From assembly GCA_963735595.1 (NCBI GenBank), contig CAVTLK010000005.1, positions 832,001 through 896,000 of the forward strand: a DNA stretch of 64,000 bases, read 5' to 3'. How positions within the stretch are numbered: the first letter of the stretch is position 1; every line of letters starts with the position of its first letter. The stretch comes from an uncultured delta proteobacterium (GTDB lineage Bacteria; Desulfobacterota; Zymogenia; Zymogenales; Zymogenaceae). Positions 30,019 through 43,366 of the stretch are shown piece after piece. The notes beneath the pieces are model-generated. The model ran no database searches. It had not been told where the DNA came from and was given only the letters and a program-made list of their open reading frames with translations. The position numbers and the translations under genes are program-made.

Positions 30019-32412
30019 TCACTGACCCGATCGGGACAAGAGGCAGGTTCGCTCGATGATCTCATCCTGAATCTCGGGGACCAGATCGTGGAAATAAGCC
30101 GAGTAACCCGAAACCCGCACCAGGAGATTTGGGTAGGCGGCCGGGTCCCGTTTTGCCGCACGGAGCGTATCGGCGTCTACGACGTTTGTCTGGATCTGCA
30201 TGCCTCCGCTGTCGAAGTAGGTCGTTAGAAGGTCCCCCAGGAGTTTGCGGCCCCGCTGGCCGGCAAGGGTCGATCCGTCGAAGCTTGATGTTGAAGTTTA
30301 TCCCGTTGGCTATCCGGGTAAAGTCGATCCGGGTCACGGAGTTGATGAGTGCCGTGGGGCCGGTTCGGTCCATGCCGTTGGCCGGGGCGATGCCCGAGGC
30401 GAAGGGCTCCGCCTTTCGCCGTCCGTTGGGCAGCGCCGCGGTAACCTGCCCGAAATAGTTATGGGCCGTCACCGAGTAGAGGCCGGGTACGTACGCGCCG
30501 CCGCGGGTGTTGATATGGCGGTGCAGGACATCGGTAAACGTATTGACCACCCAGACCGTCATGGCGTCGACCGATTTGATGTCATTTCCGAACTTCGGAA
30601 GCGACCTCAGGTAGGCCCGCATCCGCTCGTCGGCGAGGTTATCTTTCAGGTGCGAGACGAGCTCCCGCAGGGTGAACCTTTTATCGATAAAGACCGCCCG
30701 CTCGATCGCCGCCAATGAGTCTCCCACGTCGCTCGGCCCGACGCACTGGACGCCCGAAAAGTTGTAACGCGCGCCGCCCGCCGTTGAACAGACGCCCGTT
30801 TCCAGACAGCCGTCAAGGAGCATACTTGTCAGCGGCGTGGGGTGGTGCAGGCGGTTGGCACGCTCCACGGCCTGGAGGTCGGCAATCAGGCGCGACAGTC
30901 CGAATGAAAGCTGGGCGGCAAAGGCGTCGGTCACGTCCTGGAAGCGGCTCATGGCCGAGACGGGCTTGGTGCGGACGCCGGAACGGACGGGCGATCCGAA
31001 CCGCTTGCCTTCGTTGAGGGCGAGCTCGAGCATCAGGGGAACGTTAAAGATCGCGGCGTCGGTCGAGGAAAAGCTCTTTCCCTGGCTTACCGGCTCTACA
31101 CACCCCACCGCCGTGTAATTACGGGCATCCGCCGCCGCATAGCCGTGGCGGGTCATGGTCTTGATGATAACGTCGTCGTTATAGAGGGCAGGGGAATTGC
31201 CGCCCGCCGACAGGATCTTGCAGACGGCGTCTCGGTAGCGCACCGGGGAGTCCTTATGAATACGGGCGTGGTAGTTGGGCTGGCGCATCCTCAGCTCATC
31301 CATCACCTCAAGAAAGATGTAGGTCAGTTCATTCGTGGAGTCCGTGCCGTCCCGGTTTCGGCCCCCCACGGTTACCACCTGTCCGTTGAACATTCCGCCG
31401 TGGAAGCGGGTGATCCGCCTCGAAAAGACAGGGACGATCTCCGACATCTTGATCGAGAACGCCGCGATGAGCTGTTTGGCAGTGTCTCTGGTGAGGGCCC
31501 CCGACTTTATGTCCCGTTCATAGAAGGGAAACAGGTAGTGATCCATCCTTCCGGGGCAGACGGAGTTGTCGAGGCTTTCGAGATTGAGGGCAATCTGCGC
31601 GAAAAAGATCGACTGGACGGCCTCGTGGAGATCCCGTGCACCCTTGCGCGGCACGCGCCGGCATGACCTCGGCAATGGACAACAGCTCCCGTTTCCGGGC
31701 GGGATCAGTCTCGGTCTCGGCCGTCTCGTGCGGCCAATACGGCGTATCGAAGTCCGAATTCAGCCAGGGCGTCACAGACGATTCGCACTCCTTCGTAGAA
31801 GTGCCACGCCTCGCTCTTCTTGGGAACCCGGGCCTGGTGCGCGGCGGCTTCTTGTTTTATCCCGTCGGTTCCGACAGCAATGAGCTTCTCGTAGTCCGGG
31901 GCAATATGAGAGATACCGCCCGATTCGTTGATGATATAGAAGTGGGCGCGCAGCTGATTGAGAATGAAACGGATCTTCTTGACGGGATTACGGTAGGCCA
32001 GAAACGAGACGAACCTGAACGCCCAGAAGGGGAGGGTCGCCAACAGACGCCGCGTGTCTTTGCCTGATATCGCCAGGGGGCTGGTCTTGCGTGTAGAAAA
32101 GCGAAAGACATCCTCAAGCACCACGATCGCCGGAGAGCTCGGGATAGAGCGAGCCCCCGACCCGCTTGCTGCGTGAAGTTGCCGACGACCAGCTCGTCGG
32201 GATAAATGGTGACGGTCTTTTCGACCAGTACGTTCCGCAGCGCCTCGGCGATCCGTACGTGGGGAGATTTCTTTCGGTTCTTCCGCTTCCTGAAGTAGTC
32301 GGTCCATATCAGCGCCCGCTCCGGGCAGACGGCGGGTATAGCGGTTACTAACCGCCCGATGGAGGGCGGCGATCCGGGGGGACATTTCCGTCGTATGCGT
32401 CGTTTTTTTCAT
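30019..32412 (-). CDS. Glycyl-radical enzyme (PFL2/eliminase-type), frameshifted
   Basis: Cys loop AVGCVEP, PKFGND, PNGRR, Gly loop LLVRVSGYSAYF in ORF 30019-30201; N-terminus across several frames. Confidence 0.9.
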
Positions 32413-32610
32413 TTAGTCTTCCCTTCTGTTGGGTGTCACGATTGCCGGAAATCGATCCGGCGGCGTATCTATAACCTCCGTGCTTGGGAGTGCGGTGGCA
32501 GTCATCTCGGCCCGACGATATTACACCCGAAACTACAGGCCGCCCGCCGCCGGAGACGTACCGGGCGGGCGGATGTCCTCGTTGGCCCGGAGGCTGTTTG
32601 GGCGGCCCAG

Positions 32611-34285
32611 TCACTTGCCGGGCAGCGTAAAGGTAACATCGGTGCCGTGTTCCTGCCGGCTGGTGATGGTTACCGAACCTCCGTGGGCCTCAATTATCAG
32701 CTTCACCGTCGGGCAGGCCCAATCCGGTGCCCCCGTCCTTGGTGGAAAAAAACGGTTCAAAAATAAACGGCCGTATTTCATCTTCGATCCCCGTGCCGCT
32801 GTCAGAAACGGAGACGGAGACTAACCTGTCCCCGCCGACGGTGCTCCCGTCATCCTGATTCGAATGCTGTCCTCCGTCGCTCATGGCGTCGGCCGCATTG
32901 AGCAGGAGGTTCCAGAAGACCTGTTTGAGCTGCATGAAATCCCCGACGATCGTCGTCTTTCCGTTAAACTCGGTGCTGATGCTGATATCGGCGCTCCCCT
33001 TTCGGGGTATTTTTGAAAACCGTTATGGTTTCGTCGATTACCTTCTTGAGATCGATCGGGCTCTTTCTTTACGGTCAGGGGACGGGCGTACATCAGGAAA
33101 TTCGTTATCAGGTGGTTGAGGCGGTTGATCTCTTTTAAGACGATGTCCATGAGCTCCCTGTTGGAACCTGAAAGAGACAGCTCGTTTTCTCAAAAGCTGA
33201 ATGGATGCGCTCATAGAGCCGAGGGGATTCCTGATCTCGTGGGCAAGGTTGGCGGCAAACTTGCCGAGATTTACCAGGGTATCGTTTCTCTTGATCTCCT
33301 CTTCCATCTCCTTAATATGAGTGATGTCAAGAAACAGGATGATCTTTCCCACCTGCTGGTTTCGCGCATTTTTGAGGGGCGATACGGAAAAGCCGAGGAA
33401 ATACCGATTGCCCTTGTTCCGAGACGAATTCTCTCGTCCAGCGATTGAGTCCGCCGGATGCCCGTGACGCCTCGCTTCTCGGCGATATCGTTCAGAATGC
33501 CGACAATTACGTCGTCGACCGGCGAGAGGTACACCTGTCGGAGCGATCTTCCCGGTAATGATCTCCGCCTGCCGGTTAAACGAGATGATACGGCCCTTCC
33601 GGTCTATGGTGATCAGGCCCGTCTGGATGTTCTGGATGATATTGTTGTTGAGTATCTTGAGTTCTTCAAAGTCGATTCTCTTTTCTATCAGCTCTTCGCC
33701 GGTCTTCTTTACCTGCTCGGAGAGATATCCGGAAAGGAATGCGACGATGTAGAACGCGACGATATTAATAAATATATTATAGAAGACATAGCTTTCGTTA
33801 TAGTTCGGGTGAATGCCGGCAATAGTCGAGGGGATGATGCCGTAATAGTCCAGGTCCACCATGACGCCGTATAGTATCCCCGACATCGACGCGGTCAAAA
33901 AGCCGCCGGGGCGGTATAAAATGATGCTCGCGCTGATGATTGACAGGATGTAGAGGAACGAAAAGATGCTCTCGACCGCCCCGGTGATAAAGATCATCCC
34001 GGTGATGATCAGGATGTCAAAAGCGAGCTGTAGGTATGCGATCGCGGTGAGGTACTTCTGGGCGAACTTGATAAGGAGAATATAGATAACGGTGAGAAAA
34101 TACGTCAGGCCGATCAGAAAATAAAGATAGACGAGCTGCGGGGCGATGAAGTGCCCCTTTTCCGAGTATTGGAAGACGACGGAAGCCCCCAGGAGCACCG
34201 AGATAATCAGGACCCGCGAGAACATGAATATCTCGATGTTCTTCCTCAGGTTCGTGTTCCTGAGCTTCTTACTTTCGGTGGGCAT
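32611..34285 (-). CDS. pilS: PilS-like sensor histidine kinase (frameshifted)
   Basis: Several N-terminal TM helices, PAS, AHEIRNPL H-box, QVFWNLLLNA, DSGTGI, FEPFFSTK, GTGLGL; directly after pilC. Confidence 0.82.
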
Positions 34286-34369
34286 AAGGGGCCTGATTAG
34301 ATTTTCCGGGCAAGCACGTACGCGGACCCGTCACGTGGCACGGTGTACATCGCATGAAGGGCCGCTCGA

Positions 34370-35588
<1,219 letters not shown>

Positions 35589-35711
35589 GATTTATTCCTC
35601 GTATGTAATTGTCATCACGCGTGTGTTCGTTTCATTGTTTTTGGGCTCGTGCCGCGTTCACGGATCGCTCGTTATCTTCCCGCCTTCCCTATGTCTTCTG
35701 GGGCGTCGGCC

Positions 35712-36822
35712 TCATCTGCGCCTACGGCGTGCTCCTGGCCGCCGGCCCGTTCCCCCGCGCGAGAGCATCTGGCGCATCTCTTCCTGATCCGGGCTCCTGC
35801 CCATCGCCACGTCCAGTGTAATGAGTCCCTTCGTATAGAGAGCAACGAGGGATTGATTCATCGTCTGCATCCCGAATTTCGTCTGGCCGACCTGCATGAT
35901 CGAGTATATCTGGTGGATCTTGTCCTCACGGACCAGGTTCCTGATAGCCGCGTTGGGAACCATGATTTCCAGTGCGAGGACCCGTCCCTTGCCGCCGGAT
36001 CTCGGCAGCAGCTGCTGGCAGAGGACACCCTTCGAGGACGAACGAAATCTGCGCCCGGATCTGGGATTGCTGATACGGGGGGAAGACGTCGATAATCCGG
36101 TTGATGGTCTGTACGGCGGAGTTGGTATGCAGGGTGGCGAAGACGAGGTGGCCCGTCTCGGCGGTGGTCAGGGCGGCCTCGATCGTTTCAAGGTCCCGCA
36201 TCTCGCCGATCAAAACGACGTCCGGGTCCTGCCTCAGGATGTACTTAAGCGATATCTTGAAGCTCTCGGTATCGGCCCCCACCTCCCGCTGGTTGACAAT
36301 GCAGTTTTTGTGGGGGTGGAGATACTCGATGGGGTCCTCGATCGTGACGATATGTTCGTGTCGGTCTTCATTGACTTTGTTGATCATGGAAGCCAGTGTC
36401 GTCGATTTACCGGAACCGGTAGGCCCGGTGACCAGGACCAGACCCCGGGGGCGCTTGGTCAGCTCCTCCACGACGGGAGGCAGTCCCAACTCCTGAAAGG
36501 ACATGAACTTATAGGGAATAATCCGGAAGGCGGCGGCCATCGCGCCCCGCTGCATGAACATGTTGGCGCGAAAACGGGAAAGGCCTTTGACGCCGAACGA
36601 CAGATCGAGCTCGTTGTTGTCTTCGAATTTGTGTTTCTGGGCATCGGTCAGGATGCTGTAGCAGAGGTTCTTGGTATCGGCTCCGGTAAGGGGATCCATG
36701 GCCAGGGGAATCAGCCGCCCGTCTACGCGGATCTGCGGCGGGGTGCCGGTCGTGATGTGGAGGTCGGTAGCGCCTTTTTCTACCATTACCTTTAGCAACT
36801 GATGAAGACTGACCATTCCCAT
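35712..36822 (-). CDS. pilT: Type IV pilus retraction ATPase PilT (frameshift near 36030)
   Basis: [31 protein letters not shown] motif, GMQTMNQ. Confidence 0.93.
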
Positions 36823-36858
36823 CTACCCCCTCTATGTCTACGTGTGGAATATTCACGG

Positions 36859-38668
36859 TTAGTCGGCGGCCGAGCATCGGACTACTTCCTCCAGCGTGGT
36901 GATCCCTTCCTTTCAGCTTCGTGATCCCCGCCTGTCTCAGCGACTTCATGCCGTGGCGCATCGCCTCTCGTTTGAGTTCGGCCGTCGACGCGCCGTTAAG
37001 GACCAGCTCCCTCAGCTCGTCGTTCATCTTCATCACCTCATAGAGGGCGACCCGACCCTTGATATCCGGTGCCGGCGCAGACGGAACATCCCTTGCCCTT
37101 ATAGACCTTGACTTCTCCGGCCTCGTCCGGGAGGCACACCGATATCGATGAGCGCCTGGGCCGAGACCTCGATCTGCTGCCTTGCATTCGGTGCAGATCT
37201 TGCGGGCGAGCCGCTGGGCGACGATGGCGTTGAGCGACGAGGAGACGAGGAACGGCTCGATCCCCATGTTGAGCAGCCGGTTGATGGTGGACGGGGCGTC
37301 ATTGGTATGGAGCGTGGAGAGGACGAGGTGCCCGGTCAGGGCGGCCTTGATGGCGATCTCGGCGGTTTCGAAATCGCGGATCTCCCCGACCATGATGATA
37401 TCGGGGTCCTGCCGGAGGAACGATCGCAGGGCGGCGGCGAAGTTAAGGCCGATGTCCTCGTGCATCTGGACCTGGTTGATGCCCATGAGGTTGTATTCAA
37501 CCGGATCCTCGGCCGTCATGATATTTTCCGACTCCTTGTTCAGCTCGGCGAGGGCCGAATAGAGGGTGGTGGTCTTTGCCGGACCCGGTCGGGCCGGTGA
37601 CCAGCACCATCCCGTAGGGCTGGTGGATGGCGTCCTTGAAGTGGGTCAGGGCGTTTTCCTCGAAAGCCGAGCTTGGTCATATCCAGCATGAGGTTGGACT
37701 TGTCCAGGAGCCGCATAGACGATTTTTTCGCCGAAGAGGGTCGGCAGCACCGAGACGCGGAAATCCATCTCGCGGCCCTTGCCGAGCTTGAGCTTGATGC
37801 GGCCGTCCTGCGGCAGGCGCCGCTCGGCGATGTCGAGCTTGGACATGATCTTGACGCGCGGAGATGATGGCGTTCTTGATCTTCAGGGGAAGGCCCATGG
37901 CCTTGCGCAACACGCCGTCCATACGGTATCTGACGCGGAAGGTCTTCTCGTAGGGCTCGATGTGGATGTCGCTGACCCGAGCTTGATCCCCTTGATCAGG
38001 ATTCCGTTGACCAGCTTGACGATCGGGGCGTCCACGTTCTCGGACAGGATATCCCCGTCGTCTTTGGTATCGACGACCTCGACGGTATCCACGGCGCCGT
38101 GCACCAGGGAGTCAAAGTCGTCCACTTCGACGACGCCGTCCTCACTGTCCCCGTCCGAAAAGGGGCTGGAGGCGGCGTCGCTGTCCGACAGGTCGTAGTC
38201 CTTGGCGTCGAAATCCATCGAACCGATGGATTCGGAAACACCCCTGGTGCCGTAGTACTTTTTTACCGCCTCGATAATGTCCACTTCGGCGGCCACGACC
38301 GCGTCCACCTTAAAACCGGTCATGAACCGTATGTCCTCGATTACCTGCATGTTGGAGGGGTCGGACATCGCCACGATGAGGCTTGCCCCCGTCCGGGAAA
38401 TCGGGATGACCAGGTGTTTCTTTGCAATATCGGCGCTGACATATTTCAGAACAGCCGGATCAATGTCGTATTCGTTGAGGTTGATGGAAGGAACGTTGTA
38501 TTGCTGGCTCAGGAAATCCGTCAGGGCCGTCTCGGTAAGGAACCCCAGCTTGGAGAGCTGATTTGCGAGCCTCCCGCCCGATGCCTTCTGCTGTTCGACG
38601 GCCTTTTGGAGCTGGTCTGTCGTGATGACCTTGTTCCTGACCAGAAGCTGTCCCAATCTCTCATGCAT
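36859..38668 (-). CDS. pilB: Type IV pilus assembly ATPase PilB (multiple frameshifts)
   Basis: RLGQLLV MshEN-like N-terminus, [34 protein letters not shown]. Confidence 0.92.
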
Positions 38669-38779
38669 AAAGTGTTACCCCCGGTTCTCACTGTTCGGTA
38701 TGATTGGGTTCGATAGTCGCATAACCACCCTATACTATACTAAAAATCGCGTTATTGTCAAGTTCTATGTTTGCCGGGA

Positions 38780-39724
38780 TTACTTGCCGCGCGCGTCAGG
38801 GTCGGTTCGGCGGGTTTGGCGGGTGTCCGGGCCTACCGCGGCGCCGGCCTTTGGTGCGGATTCGCTGTCAGAGTTCGAGGGCCGAGCGCATGGCGGAAAG
38901 CGGCGGCGTCCTGATTGGTCCAGAGGGAAAACGAGCGGGCCCCCTGGAAGAGGAGCATCGCCAGGCCGTCGGAGAAGACCGAGGGCGTGCCGGGCAAGGA
39001 TTTCGCTGACGGGGGCGTTATCCCGGCCGTAGTTCATGTCAAAGACCAGCGCCCCCTTCCTGAGCCCCGTCAGATCGATATCACAGAAACGTCCCGGACG
39101 TGACGGGCAATGCCGTGGCGTTGATCACGATGTCGGTTGAGCCGATCACGCCGCCGAGGTCTGCGGCCGTAAGCGGGGCGGCGGCCGCCCGCCGGTCGCA
39201 CAACTCCCGGGCCAGTTGCTCGGCCTTTGCGACCGAGCGGTTGGCAATGACGATATCGCCGGCGCCTCCGGCCAAAAGCGCCGGCAGCACCCCCCGGGCC
39301 GCCCCGCCCGCGCCGAAAACGAGGATCGTTTTATCCCGGATGGGCTCCCCGAGCCGTTGTTCGAGGGCGGCGACCAGCCCGTCGCCGTCGGTGCTGTGTG
39401 CCGATGAGCGCTACCCCCGTCAAACACGATGGTGTTTACCGAGCCGCTCTTTTCGGCAGTGCCCGAGAGGCGATCGAGAAACGGGATGACTGCCTGCTTA
39501 TGCGGTGCGGTGACGTTTGCCCCGCCGCAGCCGACCTCTTTCAGCGCGCCGAGCACGGCCCCGAGCGCGGGCCCGCCGACCGGCAGCGCCAGGTAGACGC
39601 CGTCGATGCCGGCGGCGGCAAATGCCGCGTTCATCATCGCCGGCGATTTCGATCGTGAGACGGGGTCTCCCAAAAGGCAGAAGAGGCGTGTGTGTGACGA
39701 GACGCGCGTCGATCCGGCCATCAT
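38780..39724 (-). CDS. aroE: Shikimate dehydrogenase (frameshifted; stop approximate)
   Basis: GDPVSRSKSPAMMN, GANVTAPHK, SVNT, GAGGAAR, ANRS, INAT. Confidence 0.85.
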
Positions 39725-40489
39725 TTATTGGCGTCGATGTAGCCCCGTATGTCTGCCGCGTTGGGGTCGGTGGGGTTGAGCACAAGGTAGCGCTCGAAGC
39801 AGGCCGACGGCTTCGGCGGCGTCGCCCTCGTTGCGGTAGATTACGCCGAGGTTGTAGTAGGCGTCGGCAATCGTGGGGTCAAGGGATATCGCGCGGCGGT
39901 ATTGCAGCTTCGCGTATGAGACTTCATCGAGCTGGTCATAGGCGAACCCGAGGTAGAAATAGATCTCGGCGGTCTCGGTGCCGGTGTCGCGCATAACCTG
40001 GGTGATGTAGGTGATCGCGTCGTTATAGCGCCGGCCGTCAATCATCGTCTTGACCTTGCCGATGATCTCGGTGTAGGAGGGCGGGTTCTTGATTGACCAG
40101 CCGGAAGGGGTCTCGGTCCCGGAAGAGGTGTAGGTCTTCCGGTCGTCGTTGAGCGCATAGTACTGGTTGACGCCGTCCTTCTTTTTGACGACCACGCCGT
40201 AGGTAAGGTCGTTGTAGGTGAGGGTCTCGATGGTATCCGGCCCGCTGACGAAGTGCTCCACCCACGTCTCCGGCCCGGCCACGCCGGTCAGCACGTCGCG
40301 CCGGGTCTTGTAGCCGGTTTCGGCAAACGCCGGGTCGTGCATGGCAAAGCGCAGGAGGTCGGAATAATATATCTTTGCCGGGGGAACCTGGGCCGCGGCG
40401 GGGGAGGGGAGGGCTATGGTGCAAAGGAAGAGAACCAAAGCCGGTAAAAGTCGGGCCACGCGATGCGGCGTACGATTCGATTTACTCAT
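39725..40489 (-). CDS. Secreted TPR-repeat protein
   Basis: Signal peptide ending AAA-Q; YFYLGFAY and AYYNLGVIY TPR units. Confidence 0.8.
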   Translation of the reverse strand: MSKSNRTPHRVARLLPALVLFLCTIALPSPAAAQVPPAKIYYSDLLRFAMHDPAFAETGYKTRRDVLTGVAGPETWVEHFVSGPDTIETLTYNDLTYGVVVKKKDGVNQYYALNDDRKTYTSSGTETPSGWSIKNPPSYTEIIGKVKTMIDGRRYNDAITYITQVMRDTGTETAEIYFYLGFAYDQLDEVSYAKLQYRRAISLDPTIADAYYNLGVIYRNEGDAAEAVGLLRALPCAQPHRPQRGRHTGLHRRQ

Positions 40490-40686
40490 CGTGAACCTCC
40501 CTTCCATACCGATATGACATAATGATGTAGATTATATCCTGTCGGAAGGGGATGTCAAGGACGCAATCACCTCGGGTCTCGGCGAAGGGCTTGATAGAAG
40601 CGGGTTTGGACTTGTCAAGGTAGTTAGTTCGCGCCTCCTCGACCTAGATCCTATATTACAGCCCGGTAACTGACCCGGCCTAACCC

Positions 40687-42248
40687 TTACAGTTTCTTTG
40701 TCATAGAGATGAAATCCGCGACTGCCTTCCGGGCCCTGGGGTCTTGCATAATGCATAGGGATTCGAGCGCCCCTTTACGGACATAGTGATCGGGGTCCTT
40801 TAGGGAGGCGATCAGCGCGGTGACCACCCGCGGCTCCTCGAAGCGCCGCAGTCCCCGAGCAGCCGCCTCCCTTACGGAGGGGCTCATATCTTTGAGACAG
40901 GCCAGAAGTGCGTCACAAACCGCGGGGGAATTAATGCTGGCAAGGCTTGCGGCTGCGGCGGCCCGTACGCCCGCGTCCTTATCTTTGAGGGCACCGATCA
41001 CGATGGAGACGATGCGCGGATCGTTGATCTGTGCGAGCGCCTCGACGACGGACTCCCGCACGTTGGCGTTCGCATCGGAAAGTGCTTTCGTGAGGGGCCC
41101 TATCATGTTCGGGTTCCGGGTTGACCCGAGGAGAGTCGCGGCGGCCACGCAAACTCTCCAATCGGGATTAGCCAGGGATTCGGCAACCACGTTCCACGAC
41201 TCAGCTGTATCAATTAAGGCTATGGCCCGCAGGATGGTAAGGGCCACATCACCCGTGTTTTCGGACAGTGCCGCCTTGAGGGGCTCAATGTTCTTGGGAT
41301 CTTTCATCATGCCGAGGTAGGACGCCGCCATGCCCCGGACCCCGGGTCGGAGTCTTTAAGGTGGCCGAGAACGGCGTCGGGAATCCGGGGATCTTTGAAT
41401 TTGGCGAGGAACTTGATTGCGATCGTCCGCATCTCGTAGTCGGTGTCATCCAGGGCGGCAAGCAGGGGGTCGAGCGCGCGGCTGTCGCCGATGTTGCCTA
41501 GGCCGTACAGGGCATATTTCCTGACCTGTGGGTTGGTGTCCTTGACGACGCCCAGAAGAGGCTCCGCGATGTCCGGTGTACTGAAGTACGACAGGAACAT
41601 GGCCGCGACGCCGCGCACCTTCGCGTCTTCGCTCTTGAGCTCCGGGGCCAGCGCCTCGATGTAGATCGCGGATACGTCCTCCTCACGCTGGCTACCGGTA
41701 CCATGGAACAGCTCATGGAAAATGTAAATACCGGTTCCGTGGCCGAAAGAGGCGTACCTGGAGTAGTATCTCGCCGCAATCTTGACGAGGGAGGGTAGTG
41801 CCGCCTTGATTACTTCCGGTTCCCGCGTTGTTCTCAGGAGGTTGATGAGGGATTTCATCCCCCCCTCGTCGCCGATCTCTCCGAGGGCCCACGCCGCCGC
41901 CTCCGCAAACGCCGGGTCCGCGCCTTTCAGAGCGTCCGAGAGGGGCTTGACGGCACGCTTGTCCTTGAGCCTGCCCAAGGCGCGGGCCGCGGCCGTCCGT
42001 ACCTTAATATTGGTGTCGGCAAGCGCGTCCACGATAACGTCATAGGCGCGAGTATCTCCTGCCACGCTAAGTCGCGCGATGGCGAAGACCTTGAGCGGCG
42101 TCGGCCCATTCTTGACAAGTGTCGTCAGAAGCGAGACACGGTCAACAAAGAGAGACGTGATCAGGATCGAGAGAACGGCCAGCGCCGTAACAGCGATGAT
42201 GAGCCTTCTATTAGTCTTCTTGGGGGGTTTGACTTCCTTGAGGGTCAT
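40687..42248 (-). CDS. Membrane-anchored HEAT-repeat (PBS lyase-like) protein (frameshift near 41335)
   Basis: Many L.D....VR..AA.ALG repeats across ORFs 41307-42248 and 40687-41331. Confidence 0.85.
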
Positions 42249-42531
42249 GTCTTACCTCTCGTCAGTAGGTTCCTTGTTCAGCCGGCGGTACGAGTATAGA
42301 CGGTGAGGCCGAGCTAATGCCGATGCGGGAAGGAGAAGATGAAATGACGCCGGTTTCGTGAAATGGGTCATTTGTTAGTAAAACTTTCCTTCAAGATAAA
42401 AAGTGAAAAAACTCCCACTGGGGTCAATTGATGCTGGTTTTTAACGGGGAATTATAAAAATAATATTCAAACGGGAAACGATTGTCAAGGAGATTAGATC
42501 GACTGTATCCCTTCGCCCCCTAATTTTATCT

Positions 42532-42655
42532 CCACGCGCCCCTTCCAACGTACTCCGTCGTCACCACCGCCCGGTCTTTCGTCAGCATCCGCGCCAAAAA
42601 TCCCCCGGCGATCCCTACGACGAAGCCCCCCACGTGCGCCCGGAAGGCAACACCG
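42532..42655 (-). repeat. Degenerate copy of the rhomboid gene 3' end (direct repeat of 43373-43496)
   Basis: 124-bp ungapped alignment by eye, about 11 mismatches. Confidence 0.9.
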
Positions 42656-42696
42656 GACTTTGCGCGGGTATATCCGCAAATCGCCGCTATCTAATT

Positions 42697-43098
42697 CTAT
42701 GGTGCTGATATGCTTCCCGGCTTCTTTCTACCGCGGGGTGTGTTGTCGAAATCAGAATCAAAGCTGACGATTTCGAGATCAAATCTCTGAGACAGAGCGT
42801 ATTGATATGCGTCATCGAAGTCAAGATTAAACTGCGACGCGGGATTTATCGCCGAGGCCATCTCATGGGGTTTGAGAGATACCGTCGATAATCCAAGGCT
42901 TTCAATGTCGCTTAGAAATGCGTAGAAAATTTCGTACCGGTGCTTATAAAAGAGGATGATGCCTATGGAGTGGATCGTGAAATCAGAGATATAGAACTCA
43001 TGTTCGGCACGGTTCTTTAGGAACTCCAATGCCTCCTCGGCCTTTTCCTGTTCAAGCAGGATTTCGAGAAATACGTTCGTATCGAGCAACAACCTCAT
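42697..43098 (-). CDS. PIN-domain (VapC-like) toxin
   Basis: LLLDTNVFLE, DFDDAYQY, IVSFDSDFD; start overlaps upstream stop (ATGA). Confidence 0.9.
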   Translation of the reverse strand: MRLLLDTNVFLEILLEQEKAEEALEFLKNRAEHEFYISDFTIHSIGIILFYKHRYEIFYAFLSDIESLGLSTVSLKPHEMASAINPASQFNLDFDDAYQYALSQRFDLEIVSFDSDFDNTPRGRKKPGSISAP

Positions 43099-43306
43099 TT
43101 CTCTTTGGTCCTCAAACTCGATATATCGTGCTGTAATTTGACCGAGGTATACCGGTCCCGCAAGTCCCTCAACCCCCCCGCCCATGAGAACGTGGGTCTC
43201 CCTTTCGGCCTCGATTGCCTTTTTTCGATCAAGAAATCTATAAATCCGACACCTCTTTCCGGTCTTCGGGAGGTAAGCGCCTAACTCTTTCATTGATATC
43301 TTTCAT
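43095..43306 (-). CDS. DUF2281-like antitoxin (frameshifted)
   Basis: Reconstructed MKDINERVRRLPPEDRKEVSDFIDFLIEK...FSWAGGLRDLRDRYTSVKLQH after correcting homopolymer indels. Confidence 0.78.
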
Positions 43307-43366
43307 GATACATCCTCTATCATCTTTTCTGCCGCTCATTATACCACGCCGGCGATCTCACCGCCA

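Noticed and set aside
30019..32412. Pyruvate formate-lyase (pflB)
   Set aside because: Single-Cys GCVEP loop rather than the PFL Cys-Cys pair, and no pflA neighbour
42697..43293. 198-aa PIN protein with a long N-terminal extension (ORF track)
   Set aside because: The extension is an off-frame read of the frameshifted antitoxin; the PIN domain starts at 43098 with an ATGA overlap
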